Counted from the stretch's first letter, positions 13,501 to 32,242 are shown. The stretch: 64,000 nt of DNA from Balanoglossus misakiensis (GCA_040954595.2 CM082580.2:10084390-10148389), one strand, 5' to 3'. Numbers and translations: made by a program. Notes: generated from the sequence alone by a model not told the origin.

Positions 13501-16500
13501 GTTGACGGATTAATCAATTAGTCGCGACATAAGCACCCATTAACAATAAGCTACGTGTCAACTCTATCGAATTCCGCCCAGCTATCTGGTAGGAAGCCGT
13601 CGCCATCTTTGAAGGTAATTATTATGTAAATTTATGCACAATGTCAGAAATGGACGAGATTGGGAGACTAAACTGTCTCATTAAAGATTAGGCCTAGTGG
13701 GCAATTTAAATAAGTAAAAAGGGTGGCAACTTTTGCTTTTTAGTTATATTAACCCCTAACCCTTTCAACGCCATATTAATCAACTTGTAGTCTTTCAAAA
13801 AAATAAACCCTTGTAACTGTTTTCACCATTTTCCTCAAATGCTGATTAAGGCTTCCGTACAATGAAAAATTATGTCCACTTGGTAAGAAAAAGAACGGAA
13901 AAATTAGAGAAAATGGTCATTTAAAAAAAAAATGTTGCGCCGCATTTTGATGGATAAAATGTTGCGTTCAAAGGTTTGTAAAACTGCCCGGGGCCTCCGC
14001 CATAATGTCAGCGGTCTGTCGTGTGATAACACGTGCATGGAAGTGAAATCGGCGACGTTGGAACTGAAAACTCATCGGTGAAAATTCACGAGAAAATGCA
14101 TTCCGATGGAAAGTCGTCGACTCCCTGCCCAGTCTCGAATGAATACGCAGCGGGTTTATTCACCATGGTGACGCATGTATTCGCGCTGTCGCCGTCGGCT
14201 GGCTACCACTCAAATGCGCTCAATATAATTCTCGGCTACCGGCAATATGACAAAGGTCTCGGTCTTCAGTCGTCTGTGTATTCTCGGATGACCAAGCACG
14301 TTCCTGGGGCCGGAGGTTGCAGAAGATCGCTGCGACGTTCGCTAACCCGGTGAGGGGGACTAAGTGGTATTTTTACAGCGCGCGATCAATCATAACCTGG
14401 TCGACGGTGCGGTGACGTCATCACCGAGGTACAGCATGTACTCGTGGACAAAATTATTTAAGCCCGCTCAATCTTTGCTGTATGCAACGCTAGGTGGATA
14501 TTATATAGGAAAAGGTAAACAAATAAAATGGAGTACAGTCTCATAATTTTGTTTTCAAGGAAATAAAAATTCATTTGTTATCATAGAGTCAAAACGTATA
14601 TTGTCGGCCATGTCAGTTGGAACTATTTGTTGATCCGCATAATCCGGCATTTTCCATGCACGGACTACATAACATCATATATTTCCGCCACCCTAAGTCT
14701 CGCTCATCCGCGGTAAGCCAGGCGTATATAGCATGTCTGACACACACAGAGTAAAATCAATACCATTTTACGATCTAATTTAATTGAAACAACTTCTCAA
14801 TTTCGAGAGGATTATATTTCAGCAAATCGATTCGAAAACGTTTTGAAGCCTGGCGAAATGAAGATTACAGCCAAACATGTGCGCACTCACCGTGTTACGC
14901 GATACCACACAATTATGAAATACTATAATGCTGAAAGAGATTCATATTGCTCTCTGAATTGTTACCATCAGATATTATCATTGCTATCCAGTATTTTCCG
15001 CCGCGTGACACTGAGGCTGTGCTTGAACAGAAATTATTCAGCGAACGAGGATGAGCGACTGATAGTTATGTACGTTGGCAAACACTGGCAGGGCTTCGAA
15101 AGCTCATCAAGCTCAAACCCTGTGTTATTTGAGGTATTTCGATGAGTAGATTAATTTCATTGCGTTTCGTTGAGTTGGTCGCTTATGTCATTTCGATGAT
15201 GGATCTTCGAAACCGACCCCCCGTGACAGACCAAATGGGAGATTAGCGACGTTGTAAGCTAATCCTTTCCACTTTCCTCGAACGAGACACGGCGAATCGA
15301 AACTAGATCCTGCGGAATTGTTGTTCCACATTTCTCTTCTGGGTTTGATTGTGATATTCGATGAGAGCCATACGTTTGTTGGTCTTGCAATATCGAAGGA
15401 AATATGCATTAACATAAACGATTAGGTTCTTGGCTTACAACGGAGTTTGATTTTTTTAAAATTAGCTTATACTTGGCGAAACAGCTGCCATGAATAAATT
15501 TGCATAACGTGTATGGGTGCTTGCAATACTTAGTCTGTCTGGAAGATTCCGTTGACATTTGACATTCTCGGCGTGCGTGCCAGCACAGAAAACGTCCATA
15601 ACAAGGAAGCGTGCCCTTCGAAGACTTCATCAATTTACGAAGCATGTGTTTCTCGACAAGGTAAGCCACCCAACGACTCTATATTCGCCGCATTGTCTCT
15701 GACATCCCGGCATTTGATAATTACGGCGACGGCTCCGGAGCAAACCGCCGTCGCCGGGATACAAAGTGCCCCAGGCGTCGTGTTCTTGACGACAGAGCCG
15801 CAGTGCGCCGAGCATTCTCATCTCCTCCTCTCAGAAGGGAACCCGCCCCCTACTGAGACATTATGGAAACCTGCAGTTAACTCCATTATCGCGATCAGAG
15901 CTTGTAGAGTTGTATTTCCTTAGAAACAGCCTAACCGGACACCCAGCGTCGAATTTCATGCGAAATTGCTGAATAAATATTATATGATCAGAACTCAATA
16001 CGCTTTATTTGCACAGGAATTACGTCGCGGAGTTAGACGGCAAATATCAAATGTTAGAATATATTGGGAACGGTGACCCGGGTCCATAATAACTGGCAAA
16101 GTTTGTCTCGTTCGTATGAAATGAAAGTCTGGCGCCGTCTACTCTACATTACATTTTAAGCGAAATTTAGTTTCGTGTATGTATATTTAAAGTCTGAGAG
16201 TGCGGTGAATTAAGGAGGGAGGGGGAGAGAGGGGAGGGAGAGAGAGATGAACAAGAGAGATGAACAAAAGAGGCACAAACCTTCAGCCGTATAAACTCTA
16301 GCAGGAAAACACACCTCCACTTTCTCCCACTGAAAGTCTACAAGGAATGGTTTGTTGAGCAAAGTTTCCGCCAACTCGTTTAGATCTTCTTCGGTGCGTA
16401 CCTTCAGCTTCCTGCAAAGACGAAACGGAAACTGTATAGTTATACATAAAAACAATTTGGCCTGTTCTGATGTTGCTTGTTAGACGCATTTTCAGAAGCA

Positions 16501-19500
16501 CTGCTGAAGAAAAAGTCATGAAATTCATTTCCACAAATTTTTCATTTTCAATGATTTGCATTTTATACGCTCTGTCGCCACCTGTGGACAAAATGACGCC
16601 TCGCTGAATTAGCACCTGTTATTCTTGGACGTTTTAGAAACTAACCACACGCGGATAATGCATAAAAGTTTTATACGAGTTTTATGGTTTCATTTTCTAC
16701 CCTCGGCGCTGTTAATAGGGGCACTATCACGACTTCATTGCCGTACAAATGCGATTTCAGCGGATGATAAAAACTTTCTGTTGAAAGCCGACAACGCGTC
16801 AACACGCAACCTGCGCCGATGTCTCCTCAGTTGTGTGACACGCAGGTGCAGTGATATTAAAAAGTCGCTTCTAACGTGATGTCGTGATGCGAACCAATAT
16901 TCGCCAGACGATAAACTTCACGCACTTTTCTACAATGATCGTGTCGCGTCCTGCTTGTGACCAGAATAACAGCTACACTCATTGTCACTGTTTATTAATA
17001 AACGGGTGAGACACCTGTTTATTATTTAACTTCAGCCACAATCAGAGGTTGATCAGTAAGCCCTAAGCTTATTTTTAAAAGATTGCACGTTGACGAAACA
17101 TAGTACGTTCATACGGGGTATTGAATCACGAAATTTCTCTCATAAAACCGGCTCTTTGATAGAGTCACAACATAATCTAGGGGGGATCGATAACTTTTTT
17201 TTCTTAACGTACTTTCGACTGCGCACCGAACATAATTGTGTCGCGAGCGCACACATACTATATCGATCCAATGAAATAAGTGTCTGACGTCGACTTCAGA
17301 TGATCTCGATGACCTTCGAGTTGACCTTGGCCTTCAATCAGCCAGAACCCATCACTAACGATTAGGCTCGAGACAATAAGTGGAGGCCGGGCACTTTGGA
17401 TGCGGGGTGCATGTGTCATCAATTGCAAGTAATGGCCTCGTACAAAAAAAATATATTCGTGCAAATGTGGGAGGTGTATTTCTCTGGACAACAATTCACG
17501 ACTGGAAATTGAAATAACACGATATTTAGGGATGATGCATGTCTCAATTTTGGTTGATGAGGAAGCAATCCGTCCGCCAGTGAGACACTTTGTAAAACTA
17601 AAGTAATCGTTATTCACCGACCCAGTTTTTTTTTTGCTGATGCGTTCGCACGCATAAAATGATGACGTTCCTTTCCTACATCGATTTCTCCCCTTTCGCT
17701 GAAACGCACGTCAAAATCGAGTATGCGTTCTTGGGTATAGATGTCGGATGATGCGGCGTCGGTTGACGACTATCGAGTTTGAATATGGACGTCATTGGAG
17801 TCTGCAGTGACCCTCATCTGTTTCAAATTCACGCGTCCGTTTTCACTCGCACGCGTTTATCGGGAAATTCGGACGTAGAAATCGTAACTTGGTCAATTAA
17901 AATAAGTGAACTCAAGTACATGTACTGTGTTTCATCTCGGATGCACACAGTCTACAATTATAATAATATATTCAGCGCCTTTCAAAAGAGAAGAGAGACC
18001 ACCGCCGGCCTAACAAATCATTGTACGACGTCTATGTTACAGACCTTTCAAAAACTCCCATCAAACATGTAATGGATCTCAAGTTGTGTTTAGCTGCGAT
18101 TTTAAAATCCATTATTTCGTTTAGAAATTGCGGAATCGCAGTGGTGCATCATGGGGCCATCTGCCCTGGCCACGTGCACGGTAATGTCTAATGGATTATC
18201 GTGACCTGAAGTTGGCATAGCTATTTGCAACAGGGTACAAACGTTTGTGTGTGGTTTAGCGTTGTATTTAACAAGACAAGTACTCTTGGAGTGGTATGTT
18301 TCGAAAAATGCCGAAACGTGGCTGTACACGTGCACCGTGCAAAGCTATATAGTCGTTCGTGTTTTTACGATGTCGAGTGAACATGATGACATGCAAAAAG
18401 AGAGTACGGTACTCTTCTCTTGCACCTTTTGGATGAATTCATCTGAAATGGTGTTGGCAACCGTAAATGAAACACTTCCCTCTGAGCACATGCAATGTTT
18501 TGAGGAGCAAGGGGCGACAGAATACGGCCATGACGTCAGCGGTGACATATGTCACCTCGCAGGTCTATTGACAACATTCAAGTCGTTTATTCCGGGGCGT
18601 GAAAGAGTCCCATGCGGCGCGGCACAACAATGGACATGTGTCCGGTGGCAATTACTGTGTTTACGATCACACGATCATCGATCGGTGACAATTCCACGGA
18701 CAATTAACGTGAGCTACCTGGTTGGTTCCGCCGAGTAATATGCGACGAGCGGGCCCATGTGTGCGGCGACGTTCGCATTCGGCGCGAGTGTGGACGATGG
18801 TCGCAATAGACTCTGTGATGGGATTGGGCCGGTTGGGGTCGGCATGGAAACCTTCACGAAAGCGTGCAGTTTTTGTTGTCCCACGTCACTGAGTCGTAAA
18901 TGGCACACCTGTATATATTTAGTAGCCAACGAGACCACTTAAATTTAATTATCGGACACATAGTGTGCCCAGAATCATGGAACCTCTGGAAAAAAATAAT
19001 ATTTCCCTAATCCCTCATGAGACTAACGTTCTATGCCCGTCTCTATCTCCGTCCCTGTCTCTTCTCATCGCTCGCTCGTTCTCCCCTCTCTCTCCCGCAT
19101 AAATATGCGATGGGGTGTTTCTACTGTAGGCAATGTCGCCTTAATTGGGAACGGTTGTTCCTCCATCATCTCTCAATCAGAATGAGCGCCACCATTATGC
19201 AATTTACTCTGAAGACGGGAATCGTTCTGTTAAACGAACACCTGCGATCTACATATTGAGAATCGGTGAACGTCACTCACACAGAAAGTGTACAATGATA
19301 TATTCCGCTATAGGCTTTGAATTGAGCGCAGCCAGGATCAGTGACCGGTAGGTCCACCGGTAACCATGGAAACAGTGAGATTAATAGAACATCCTTCTTC
19401 ATTAACGTTTCCGGGGGTACGATAAAAGTGATGTGGATTTTTGTTTCAAATCCAGAGCTCGCCACGGCTCTCGATTTCAACGCATGCCGTGACATGTGCA

Positions 19501-20004
19501 GTGGGAATATGACCGTGCCAAGTGAGTGCGTGACCGTGTTTGCTTTGCTGGACGATCGTAACCATAAATTACTTGCATGGGTCGATGAAAAGAGAGGGGC
19601 AGGTACGCCAGTCCATGGTGAACTCGCTTAGAAATAAATAAATAAATAAACAAACGACCTCGAGCCTGTAGCTAGAACAACGACAGGAGGAAATGCTGAA
19701 GGGATATATTATGTAGGTCGCTGATTATTAACTTCAGAAACCAGAATTGAGCAGCGCAATTCCAGGCAGAGATTATTAACACTCACCCTTTGGCAGCCGA
19801 CGGGAATTTCTTCCGATGGTAATCCGTGTGCAGGAACATGTTCACGTCGTGAAGCGGTCGCTGGTCGACCAGCTCGGATAGAAGCATTTGCTTCTCGTCG
19901 CCGAGCAGATCGACACGCAAGGTGTTGCGGACGGGGGTCTCCGCGGTCTCCCTGCACTGGTCCCGCAGTGAGTCTGATAGAATACCGAGTGCGACGTCCT
20001 CCAT
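10595..20004 (-). CDS. Uncharacterised Cys-rich membrane-associated protein, paralog 2 (~318 aa; exons 19787-20004, 16281-16411, 12656-12768, 11813-12025, 10595-10876)
   Basis: Phases 2,1,0,0 as in paralogs; VNMFLHTDYHRKKFPSAAKG / KLKVRTEEDLNELAETLLNKP / VNSQHPCVRNILRSGLEEA / FDF..FGKITISNCRKYSPVF..CPLWVICSPLCLLTFPCYM / IYRKLACRDI. Upstream exons possible (acceptor-like CAG near 20026). Confidence 0.85.
13757..13977. mobile_element. Possible degraded piggyBac-like MITE
   Basis: Short imperfect inverted ends AACCCTTTCAACGC / GCGTTCAAAGGTTT around an AT-rich interior; TTAA TSD not intact. Confidence 0.3.
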
Positions 20005-20311
20005 CTCCGTGTCCGTTCCCGAGCGCTGTGTATGTATGTGTATGTGCGACTGAAAGGGGCAGCGACCCGTGCGTATACGCAGGACGCTGTTTCGCGGCGT
20101 ACTTTTCGTTGTCGCGGGTTCTTAAATGCAGTGAAGCATGCAGCAGCTCTTTGGAAAACGCTGTTTACTTTCCGAGACCCAAACGTGGTGTGTAATTGAT
20201 TCTTTCGAGTACACGTCGACAATGATGGGCTGGCATATCATTAAACAGATTGCGGTGAAAGCACTCAGGATTTGTAATATTCCCCTTCCACAGTGCGTCT
20301 GAATTACAGAG

Positions 20312-20421
20312 CCAATGAGCGACCCGGTTCACTTGAGCCACGTGACCGTATTATAATACCGAGCCAGCACCCGCTCGACGTTCGCTTCACTCACCGACCT
20401 ATGGAGGCGCCTATGACGTCA
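20312..20421 (-). promoter_or_regulatory. Putative promoter motif cluster upstream of paralog 2
   Basis: CCAAT 20312-20316, E-box CACGTG 20339-20344, TATTATAATA 20349-20358, CRE TGACGTCA 20414-20421, 300-420 bp upstream of ATG 20004. Confidence 0.35.
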
Positions 20422-23400
20422 ATCTGACGTTACAGAAATTTATGGAGCATGGAGAATGGGTACTTTACGGATTTCGGTTTCGCGCAAATCTTTCGGCAAG
20501 CACCCGACAAAGCGAAAAAAACAACAAGAGATTCAATAGAAATTTGATTAAATAATCTTTCAATTACTCAAACTGCTTAATGATCTGGGCCTCGACCTTC
20601 GGGGCATATCTGGATCCTGTTGCCAAATGTTCCTCCATGTTGCTCTGGCGAATTGTAAGCAGGATGCATCGTTTGAACACTGCTGTTTAGCAATGGGCGA
20701 CAGCAGTTTACAGAAAGCCAACATTTGCAAGACTCTCTTTTCTGAAACGCATGGTGCATTTTCCTAACATGTATTTTGCAGATTGCACATATTCATAGAT
20801 GACTTGTGATCGCTACTGTGTATTTAGAGGTCAAATAAGCTTAGTCTAAGTCCCCGGAGGAGCGCGGTGTTTGATCAAGTAAACAGTGTTCCCTCAATTC
20901 CCTTTCTGGGAGTTTGATGTGTAAGTTATTAGATGATCTAGGGCCAATCTTGCAGCATTGTAATCGCAAATTTTGACGGGAACCATCTTTAGTTGCCAGT
21001 CGAGTGAAGCTCACACTGTGTCTACACTTACATCCGGGATACTCGATTCTTTTTAAATTTCTGGCAAAGAAAGATTCTGCTGTCATTGTTTCTTGATCAA
21101 ACTTTACATGATTAGATGATGGGAATTAGCTGGCGCACTGTATCAGCGCGCAATTCGGAGATCTTCGAAGAAAACAAAGGATCGCAAGAGGTGGTCGTCC
21201 CCAATGATCATTCTTAAATGTCCGTACCCGATTCGAACAAATTAGCATAAATGGCGGGACCGGTCAGTCGTCATCTCGCTAAATGCCAACTGGAGCAGAA
21301 AATGAAATAGTTAGCGGAGAGGTATGTTCCCCGCGGACCCAATTGGACATGGTCTGCTTTGGGGGGGTCACGACTCGTCTGTATAGAATGAGGGTATGGT
21401 CTCGACCGACCTTTCTGTGTGTGCGAAGATTGATGTCACAGGCGGATGGATCACCGCGTAATCCCTGTTCGCATTTCGTAAATTACTCTCTACGTGTGAG
21501 GGGCATCTTTGGCAACTGAATATATGACTTGCTCGGAGACTAATTCAGGCTATCAGTCTTCTTGCTAGGTTTCCCTTCATTTCTTTCATTAAGCTCAGAA
21601 ATTATCTACCGCGATGAAATGATGGCTTGATTGATGCCGGAGTTGCCATGGAATGTTGGCTATGCTCGCGTCCGCCATGAATCATAGAGACGCTGATTAA
21701 TAAAACCGCTAGGTTCACTCTACCTTTCATTCTGTTATTATTATGGTTTAACTTCAAGACATGACTGATAGCCCGCAAACTACAGAGAACATTGATTGGG
21801 GATTCCGTTCGAGCTGAACCACATGGCGTTCTTTGAGAAAAAAATGATCCAGAATTTGCTTAAATTTATTTTTAGAAGTTTCATAAGACAGGAAGACTGA
21901 GTTTTACAGCTATAGCTATACTGACATAGTATAGCCTTTTCTTCTTGACAAAATAATTTTCAAAAAACGAAATTGAACAGCAACTGCATCGTCTGCGACG
22001 CGAATACGTGAGATTAAACGTGCGCTTCCAACAAACAAGCCAGGGCGAGCGTGACTGTACGTCATTCTTGTAAGATTACAATAATATCAAAGGAAATGTC
22101 TCCTGTGCGGTGTGCTCCAGATGATTGATGTCATTAGGAAGCGCGATAGCAGTGATGATAAGCGAACGACATGCGAGGCGGGAAATGAAATACACTGATG
22201 TGTACCATTCCATTTTACTTCCCAGTTGGAAAGTGACTTCGTTTCTTGACAATTTACGAGCTCCGTCGGCATGCCGTTGTTCTGTGTACCGGCTTTCGTT
22301 TCTTCGTCGTGTACTCCTCGCCAGATATTTACTCCGGGGCCTTATTAATTTTCTGCGTTAAAATGTAAAAGAAAGGACTAAGAAAATAAAAAAATCCATG
22401 TTTTATTGAGATGTAGTCATACAGAATAGAATGAATCGGTGACTCCTCCTTGAATGCGACGAAGGCGTTTATCGCCTGTCGCCGAAGGTCGAACGGATTC
22501 TCGGTGCGATGTCGTCAGAGACAAGGCGCCATCAATCAGGGAGGAAAACGTGTTAAAAACACGGCCGTATATTTCGGCGTTAGCGTCAGCGTGACCAAGT
22601 GCAAGGTCGATTATTTGAGATAATACCGTAATAAATGAGGAGAGAGAGGAAATGGAACACCAGTAAAGGAACCATTTATCATATCAGGATGTGTAATAAC
22701 GAGCCTCCGCTCGCACCCTTCGATTTATGCTGCGGGTTAGGATATCAGTCACTTCAAACCATCTCCGTAGCTAACTAGACGGAACCTCTTGTTCATAAGT
22801 CTGACGTTTCCATCTATTCGCTCACCTGCATTAGCCGAGCGCGTTACTTATCTCGTCCGATGACAACTGAATCTTTGAGGCAAAAGCTCCCTAACCTTGT
22901 TTTGAAAAAAAAATCGCTTGTCAGAGAATCTGTTCATGATTCTTCATATAGGTACGTAGGTGCCAAAATATGTAGTTGTGGAGAAAACGAGCTGTGCACT
23001 CAACAATGCTTTCTCTGGCAACCGCCGTTATCACGCGCCTTATTTTTTGTATTGTCAAAAGTTGTCATGGTAACACGCAGCGGAATACAAGTAGGGGTTG
23101 TGGTATAGCCTTGAGCCACAACATCAAACTGATTCAAATCTGTCAAAGGATCGTGCTCCAGCACTGAACCAAACCAAGCGGTTATAAAATGCACGGGTAA
23201 AGCCCAATGTCAAGATTATTATTTGCGACATTGGGTGTCACGTTTCATCGCGAGATTCAAACTCGATGCAGAATATGCACGACCTTCTGCTAGTCATGTT
23301 CAGAGCACGTGAATTGTGTTTTTTGACATCAACCGAACATTTCGCAAATACCGGTCTTTATGTAAAATAAAATAAAAAGGAAAAACAATCACCAACGCCA

Positions 23401-25090
23401 CATTGCCAGGGACTGCAAAATAAACCCAGCTTAATAAAGAGATTGATAAGTTGAGGCAGAGAACTCCTCTGAGGCAGTTTTCTAAATCCCAGTAGTGTTA
23501 ATTTGTACAATGGGTAAAAGCGTAAACAATTTAGTGGATGCTCTCAAGTATTATAAGCCGATTGCCTTGACTCACGAATATACTGCCTTTTCAGGGATAT
23601 TCAAACAAAAAATGGAAACTGAAGGAAATTAAGGGGATGCACCATTGTGGAGCTATGGCAACCAATAATAGAGTGAGTATTTATAGAGTATCCAAATTTT
23701 ACCTGGCGGTTGGTTGGCTTGCTCAGAACCGGGTGATTTTTCAGCTAAAATCCCCGCTTTACTATTGTATCAGTAAAAAATAATCCAACTACAGGACATT
23801 TTTTCCAAAAACGGGCTGGCGCGGAAGAAGAACATAATTTGCCTATATCTTCTTTCTCAATTGACACTCCTCGAAAAATCGAGGTTTTGAACATCATTAC
23901 GTCACAATATTAGTGTCACATAGTTTTCGTTTCTGAATAACATATAATGACATATAAACCAACCAGAGCGCTAATTTGCAGAGCTATAAGACATATTAAC
24001 AGTATCACGAGAACACGTCATTGTCTTCAAGAAAGAGAGAGATATTTGATGGTTAGTCACGTTTTTCATCATGGCGTGTTTCGTTTAAGACGTGTTAGAA
24101 CGCGACAAAACCAGTACTAACAGGAATATTGGCGAAAATCGCCATTTAATGTGCGTCAACCTCCTTAAGCGCATATAAAGTGCCTGCATTAGATTACTTG
24201 ATTCATCGGAGGAAATCAAACATTAATGGCCCGATAATGAATTTATGATGAAAACGTGAGGCCTGTACAGTGAATTTATCTTCGAAATACAGAAACACAA
24301 AAATGAAGTACATGATGTATTTTGTACAGATTATAAACACAGCGGAGAGTGTTTCCCAGAGATACTTGAAGATATATTCTCAGATCAGTTGTCTTTATAA
24401 TCGCCGTACTACACGGAGTCCTATTGTTAGGAGCAGGGGCTTTAATGAGACGCTTGTATTGTATTTTTGGCACTAAATCACATCCTACGTTCATTAGAAA
24501 CCCTCTTTGTGTCCGCTTCTTGCGGTGTATGGCTGTGTGAATCCTCTCAAGTTGTTTTCCTGTTTACGCGTTACTATGCTTTAACTGTGCGCACGTAAAT
24601 ATGTTTGCATGGTATTTCCTGTGTTGTTGTGTTGTGATGAGCAGGGTCGTGTAATTTGTGATGAAGATGGCACTCAAAAATAGCCACCCGGTTACAAGGT
24701 GTGTGGCTTTTTTCCGTTACTGGTTGCATAACTAACATTAACCACGACACTCTACTTTATATCTCGATGGACAAACTACAGGCCATTGCCCGCAATGCAG
24801 TGTGGGAAGAGGAGGGACTGAATTAAATTGCACCGAAATACGCGCGTACCTATCCCATGTGCAAACATTGATTTTACCGTGGCCGTGTGCACTTATGTGT
24901 GTAGAACAGGTTCTTCCTCTAATGTGATAGGAAATGTATGGTGTTGTTGTTGTTGTTGTTGTTTGCTGCCGATGTTGTTGTTGTTGCTGGTGTTATTTGC
25001 TGCTGATGTTGGTGAACGGGTGAATGAGTCATTTGCCGTGTTCGATGAACGTACGGTTTCATTTTCCTGTCATCGAAACCTTGGAGATAA

Positions 25091-25827
25091 GGGAGCATTC
25101 GTTTTTTACAGGGAGGGGGGGGGCCGGTGGAAATCAGGGGGGGGGGTTTACTTTTACAAAGCAGTTTTTAGGGGGGGACAAATTTTATAATCAAGGGATT
25201 ATTATATAGGGACTGAAAGGGGGGGACTTGAAAACTTTGACGACTAAATATTTATTTTGAGTCCACAAAAATGCAGTTTCGCGTCCTTTATTTTACAAAA
25301 TTTTCTAATGTGGGAGGGGGACACCCCCTCCCACACCCACCCCCTCCATTCATCAACACCTTTCAATCATTGACTGGTTTATCTTGTGTCCCAGGTCAGG
25401 GGACTTGCCCCCACCCCATAATAACTTTGAGCGGCGACGTTAATTTGCTTTTGCTGGGTTCATTAAAATGCAGCTTTGAGCTCTGTATTTTATAAAATTT
25501 TCTTATGTGGGAGGGGGACACCCCCTCCCAAACCCACCCCCTTCAATTCTCGGTTTACAATGTCTCCCAACACAGAATACAAATACTTAAAAAATAAAAA
25601 CAATGTTCAGTTTTACTACCCACTGATGAGGGGAAACATCGGTTTCAAATTCTTTTCATGGGAGCGCTGTGTCCATGATAAGTTAAATCCAGTGGATAAA
25701 CTTTTTTTTTTGGGGGGGGGGGTCACATTTTAAAAAAGTAATTTCCAGGGGGGGTTGCCTTTTACGTTTAGTCGGCGACTCAAATTCCACCGGCCCCCCC
25801 CCCTCCCTGTAAAAAACGAATGCTCCC
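25091..25827. mobile_element. PIF/Harbinger-type MITE
   Basis: ~42-bp TIRs GGGAGCATTCGTTTTTTACAGGGAGGGGGGGGGCCGGTGGAA / reverse complement; TAA TSD at 25088-25090 and 25828-25830. Confidence 0.9.
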
Positions 25828-28152
25828 TAACAGAGCGCGCCTTGGGCGTCTGACGTAATTTACTTTGGTCTAAGCAGAAATCGTCGGTCACCCCTTAGTC
25901 ACACGATGTTTTCATTTGTTGTTGTTTTAGAAGGTATATACTCCTTGTATATAGCCGCCGGCTGGATAATTAAAGTCACCTTGCCCAGAGAGAGAGAGAG
26001 AAAAAAACGAATGGGTCGTAAAGATAAATCGGACAGATAGAACATATTGACGTGGATTTTTTTTCATCTACTTGGCGCCATTTGACAATTCGTCGGTTCT
26101 CACTGGGAGGTGCTGTTACCAGGGTAACACGATGGACATCACGGTGTGACACTCGCCATAAATTTTGACTTCTTCAATTTACATATACCCATGCTTTGTC
26201 TTACATTTACATATACCTATATACTCTTTGAGTTACCATTTGGTGGCGCACTTTTTTCACGTGGCCCGCGCTGCGAAAATCAGTGATTTGCTAGATCTCA
26301 ACTCCCATGGTAATCAGTGGATGAATTTGCATAGGTGACCGTGTGCCTTCAGAGTCGCATCCGCTTACCAACATCCGGGCTCCCAGAGTGTGTATTTGAA
26401 TAAGAGTAGGGTTTTTCTGTCGTGTGTGATGTACATTATGCATTGTATTATCCACGAAACTCGAAGCGTTCATCACGAAATCAAGGCATCTTGACTAGAA
26501 CGGTGTCGTACTCATATTTCGCATTCGCCTCTCGTTTCTGAGATTAAGTTTTCATCAGCGCCGCGGCGCAGGAACAACGATTGTGCAGTAGGCTGTAATT
26601 GCACCCTAATTCCGAACGATTGCGTTTATCCCCAGCAGGTCAACCGTCCAGAGATGAAGTTTGAATAACGCATAAGATATCGGATGTTTTTCTACGCATG
26701 TGCCACGAGTACCAGCAACACACACCCACCTTAGCTCTACCGTAATCAACAACTTTGATGGATCACACCGGTAACTAAAATGACCCAGTCAACAGCCCCG
26801 CCGTCCTTATCAAGCTGTTTTCACTGATTTTATTCCGTGTTGTGTACGTCATCATCAACTGGGCCTACGTCAGTGCACTGGTGTCCTGGTGCTTCATCTC
26901 ACCCTGGATCAACGCCTGTGTATCTCTGCTCATCTTCAACAAGCTCGCCTCTCACTCCATCATCTTCATCCCTGTCATCCCCATCGCAGCTTCCGATCTC
27001 ATCACATTACTCCCCATCTATAGCCCCCACTTTATATCCTCGTCACCACCGCAACGTGAGCAATTTCTTATTAACACGATTAATCCTACGTCCAACAATT
27101 CAATAAAAACCCAAATAGTATGTGGGAGATATACGTGTCAGTGAACGGTCAACGGCACGGCGCGCCCGGAACATGCCTGACGTCATTGCATAAAAGCGAA
27201 ACCCCACTAAAACTGTGTTTGTTTGGAGATTGGGCGTTTTATCTTCTTTCAAGTCACACCGCGTCTCTCGCCCTACATGTTCCGTCTCAACTTGTGATAA
27301 TATCAATGAGTAAGGAAGAAGATCAGAGATGCCATAATAATCTCTAGAAACCGAAAAAGATCCAGGAGTAAACAACTTTTCGCCTGGGGGAAAATTCCTA
27401 GTAATTCATGAAGTTTGCGTTCAGTTTTTTTTCAAGTCACTGACATAATCTTTTCGCTTTATTTTATCTTCTTGTTTTTTGTACAATAACACCATGCCTT
27501 GTCACTGCACCGCATTCCCACTAGGTACAATAAAGTTATGAGTTTGTTATGTTTCATGCAGAATCTGCACACAAAAACAGGAGACAATGCAAAAGCAATT
27601 TGCTCACATTTTATTCACCCACAGAATAGATACACAAGTATTTTCATTTTGTTGTCATTTCACTCGGAGTCAGATGAGTTATAGTTCAACTGACTATAGA
27701 GGACGGGAAAAACATGTTATTGATATGTTTCTGTCAATGCCAGGCGAATTTAGCATCGCGCCATAACTAACAAAATGCCTCTTCAAACTCTAGGTGTCTC
27801 GTCATGTCTGTTGGGAGTTCGTGTATTAAGTTTAAAGGGTTGGCAACAGTGTTAAAGTGTACAATAAAACTCACTGAACAGCATCAGGAGTTCGACAAAA
27901 TTTCAATAAAATTTTGGATCCCCGCCATTTTGTCGAATACCCATCGAATTCATTTACTCTCGGTATGGGCGATAAAACACAATGACCTGCATGGATAAAG
28001 CTGTCCGCCCATGGCAAAAATCCGATCAACACTTTCGTAACCGCCTGAGCGCCCAGCAGGAGATGTCGGCATCTCCATCGTTGACATGAAAAACATGACA
28101 ATATGACAGAACGACACATTACACGTCGTCGTCATTCGGCGCCTGCGCCTTA

Positions 28153-31497
<3,345 letters not shown>

Positions 31498-32242
31498 AGC
31501 AGCCTCGTCTTCTTCGCCCAGGCCGTCGGTGGTCGTCGCAGTGTCACTCGCCCGGTTTCTAAAATATTGCCTCTCAGTCGGATTTCTGTCGCTCCACCAG
31601 AAGCCGTCAGCACGCTATGTGTGAGTAGGTGTATCGTCAGACCACGGTGGCATGGGCTTCGTTCAACCTACCAAAACAAGAATTCTTTTCCCGCTGCATT
31701 TCTAAAGTTCTGCGGAGAGTTCTGTTGTCCGCCCGGTTACAATAGCGTGCTACGTCAGCGCTGTTCTGTGGCTGACACCCTCGCAACTACCACTCGAAAT
31801 CCCACCACTACCAAAAAAAACGTAATCACTAAAGATTACCCGGCGCTCGCTCGTTGTTTGTTTTCGACTGGGGATTTTTTCTGTGCAACTTTGTTCCCTT
31901 GAAAACAAATCCGAACTTGTGTGAATGTTTAAGCTGGGTTACTGAGTGCGCTTATAGTTTCTTGCTTCGGTCCGCCTTCCAGTGCGCATGTTGGTGGGTT
32001 TGTTGGCAGGCAGTGTATGTAGTGGTGGCTTGGGGAATGAATAGAAGCATTGTAGTTTGGAATCTTTCTTTCGTTTATCTACTTACGATTGTGTGGCCTC
32101 CTATACAGTCTGTAAATTTCTCAAGGTTCAAAGAAACCATTAATTACGAAGTGAAGGGGGAGTCGGCAAATCTTAGAGAAGAGTGAAAGGTACATAAAAG
32201 ATGATAAAAGAAGATCGAGGAGGAAAATGGCGAGGAAAACAC

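Noticed and set aside
18714-18938. Possible alternative exon of paralog 2 (phase-2 donor compatible with exon 2)
   Set aside because: No similarity to the first exons of the paralogs, whereas 19787-20004 matches; unsupported without RNA data.
20577-21120. Possible decayed tyrosine-recombinase/transposon coding fragment on the minus strand
   Set aside because: Multiple stops and only vague motif resemblance.
25623-25645. CTGATGA...GAAA hammerhead-like core (also minus strand near 26555)
   Set aside because: No stem II or flanking stems can be formed.
26837-27106. Ser/Pro-rich and hydrophobic ORFs; acidic reading on the minus strand
   Set aside because: Low complexity, internal stops, no splice support or recognisable family.
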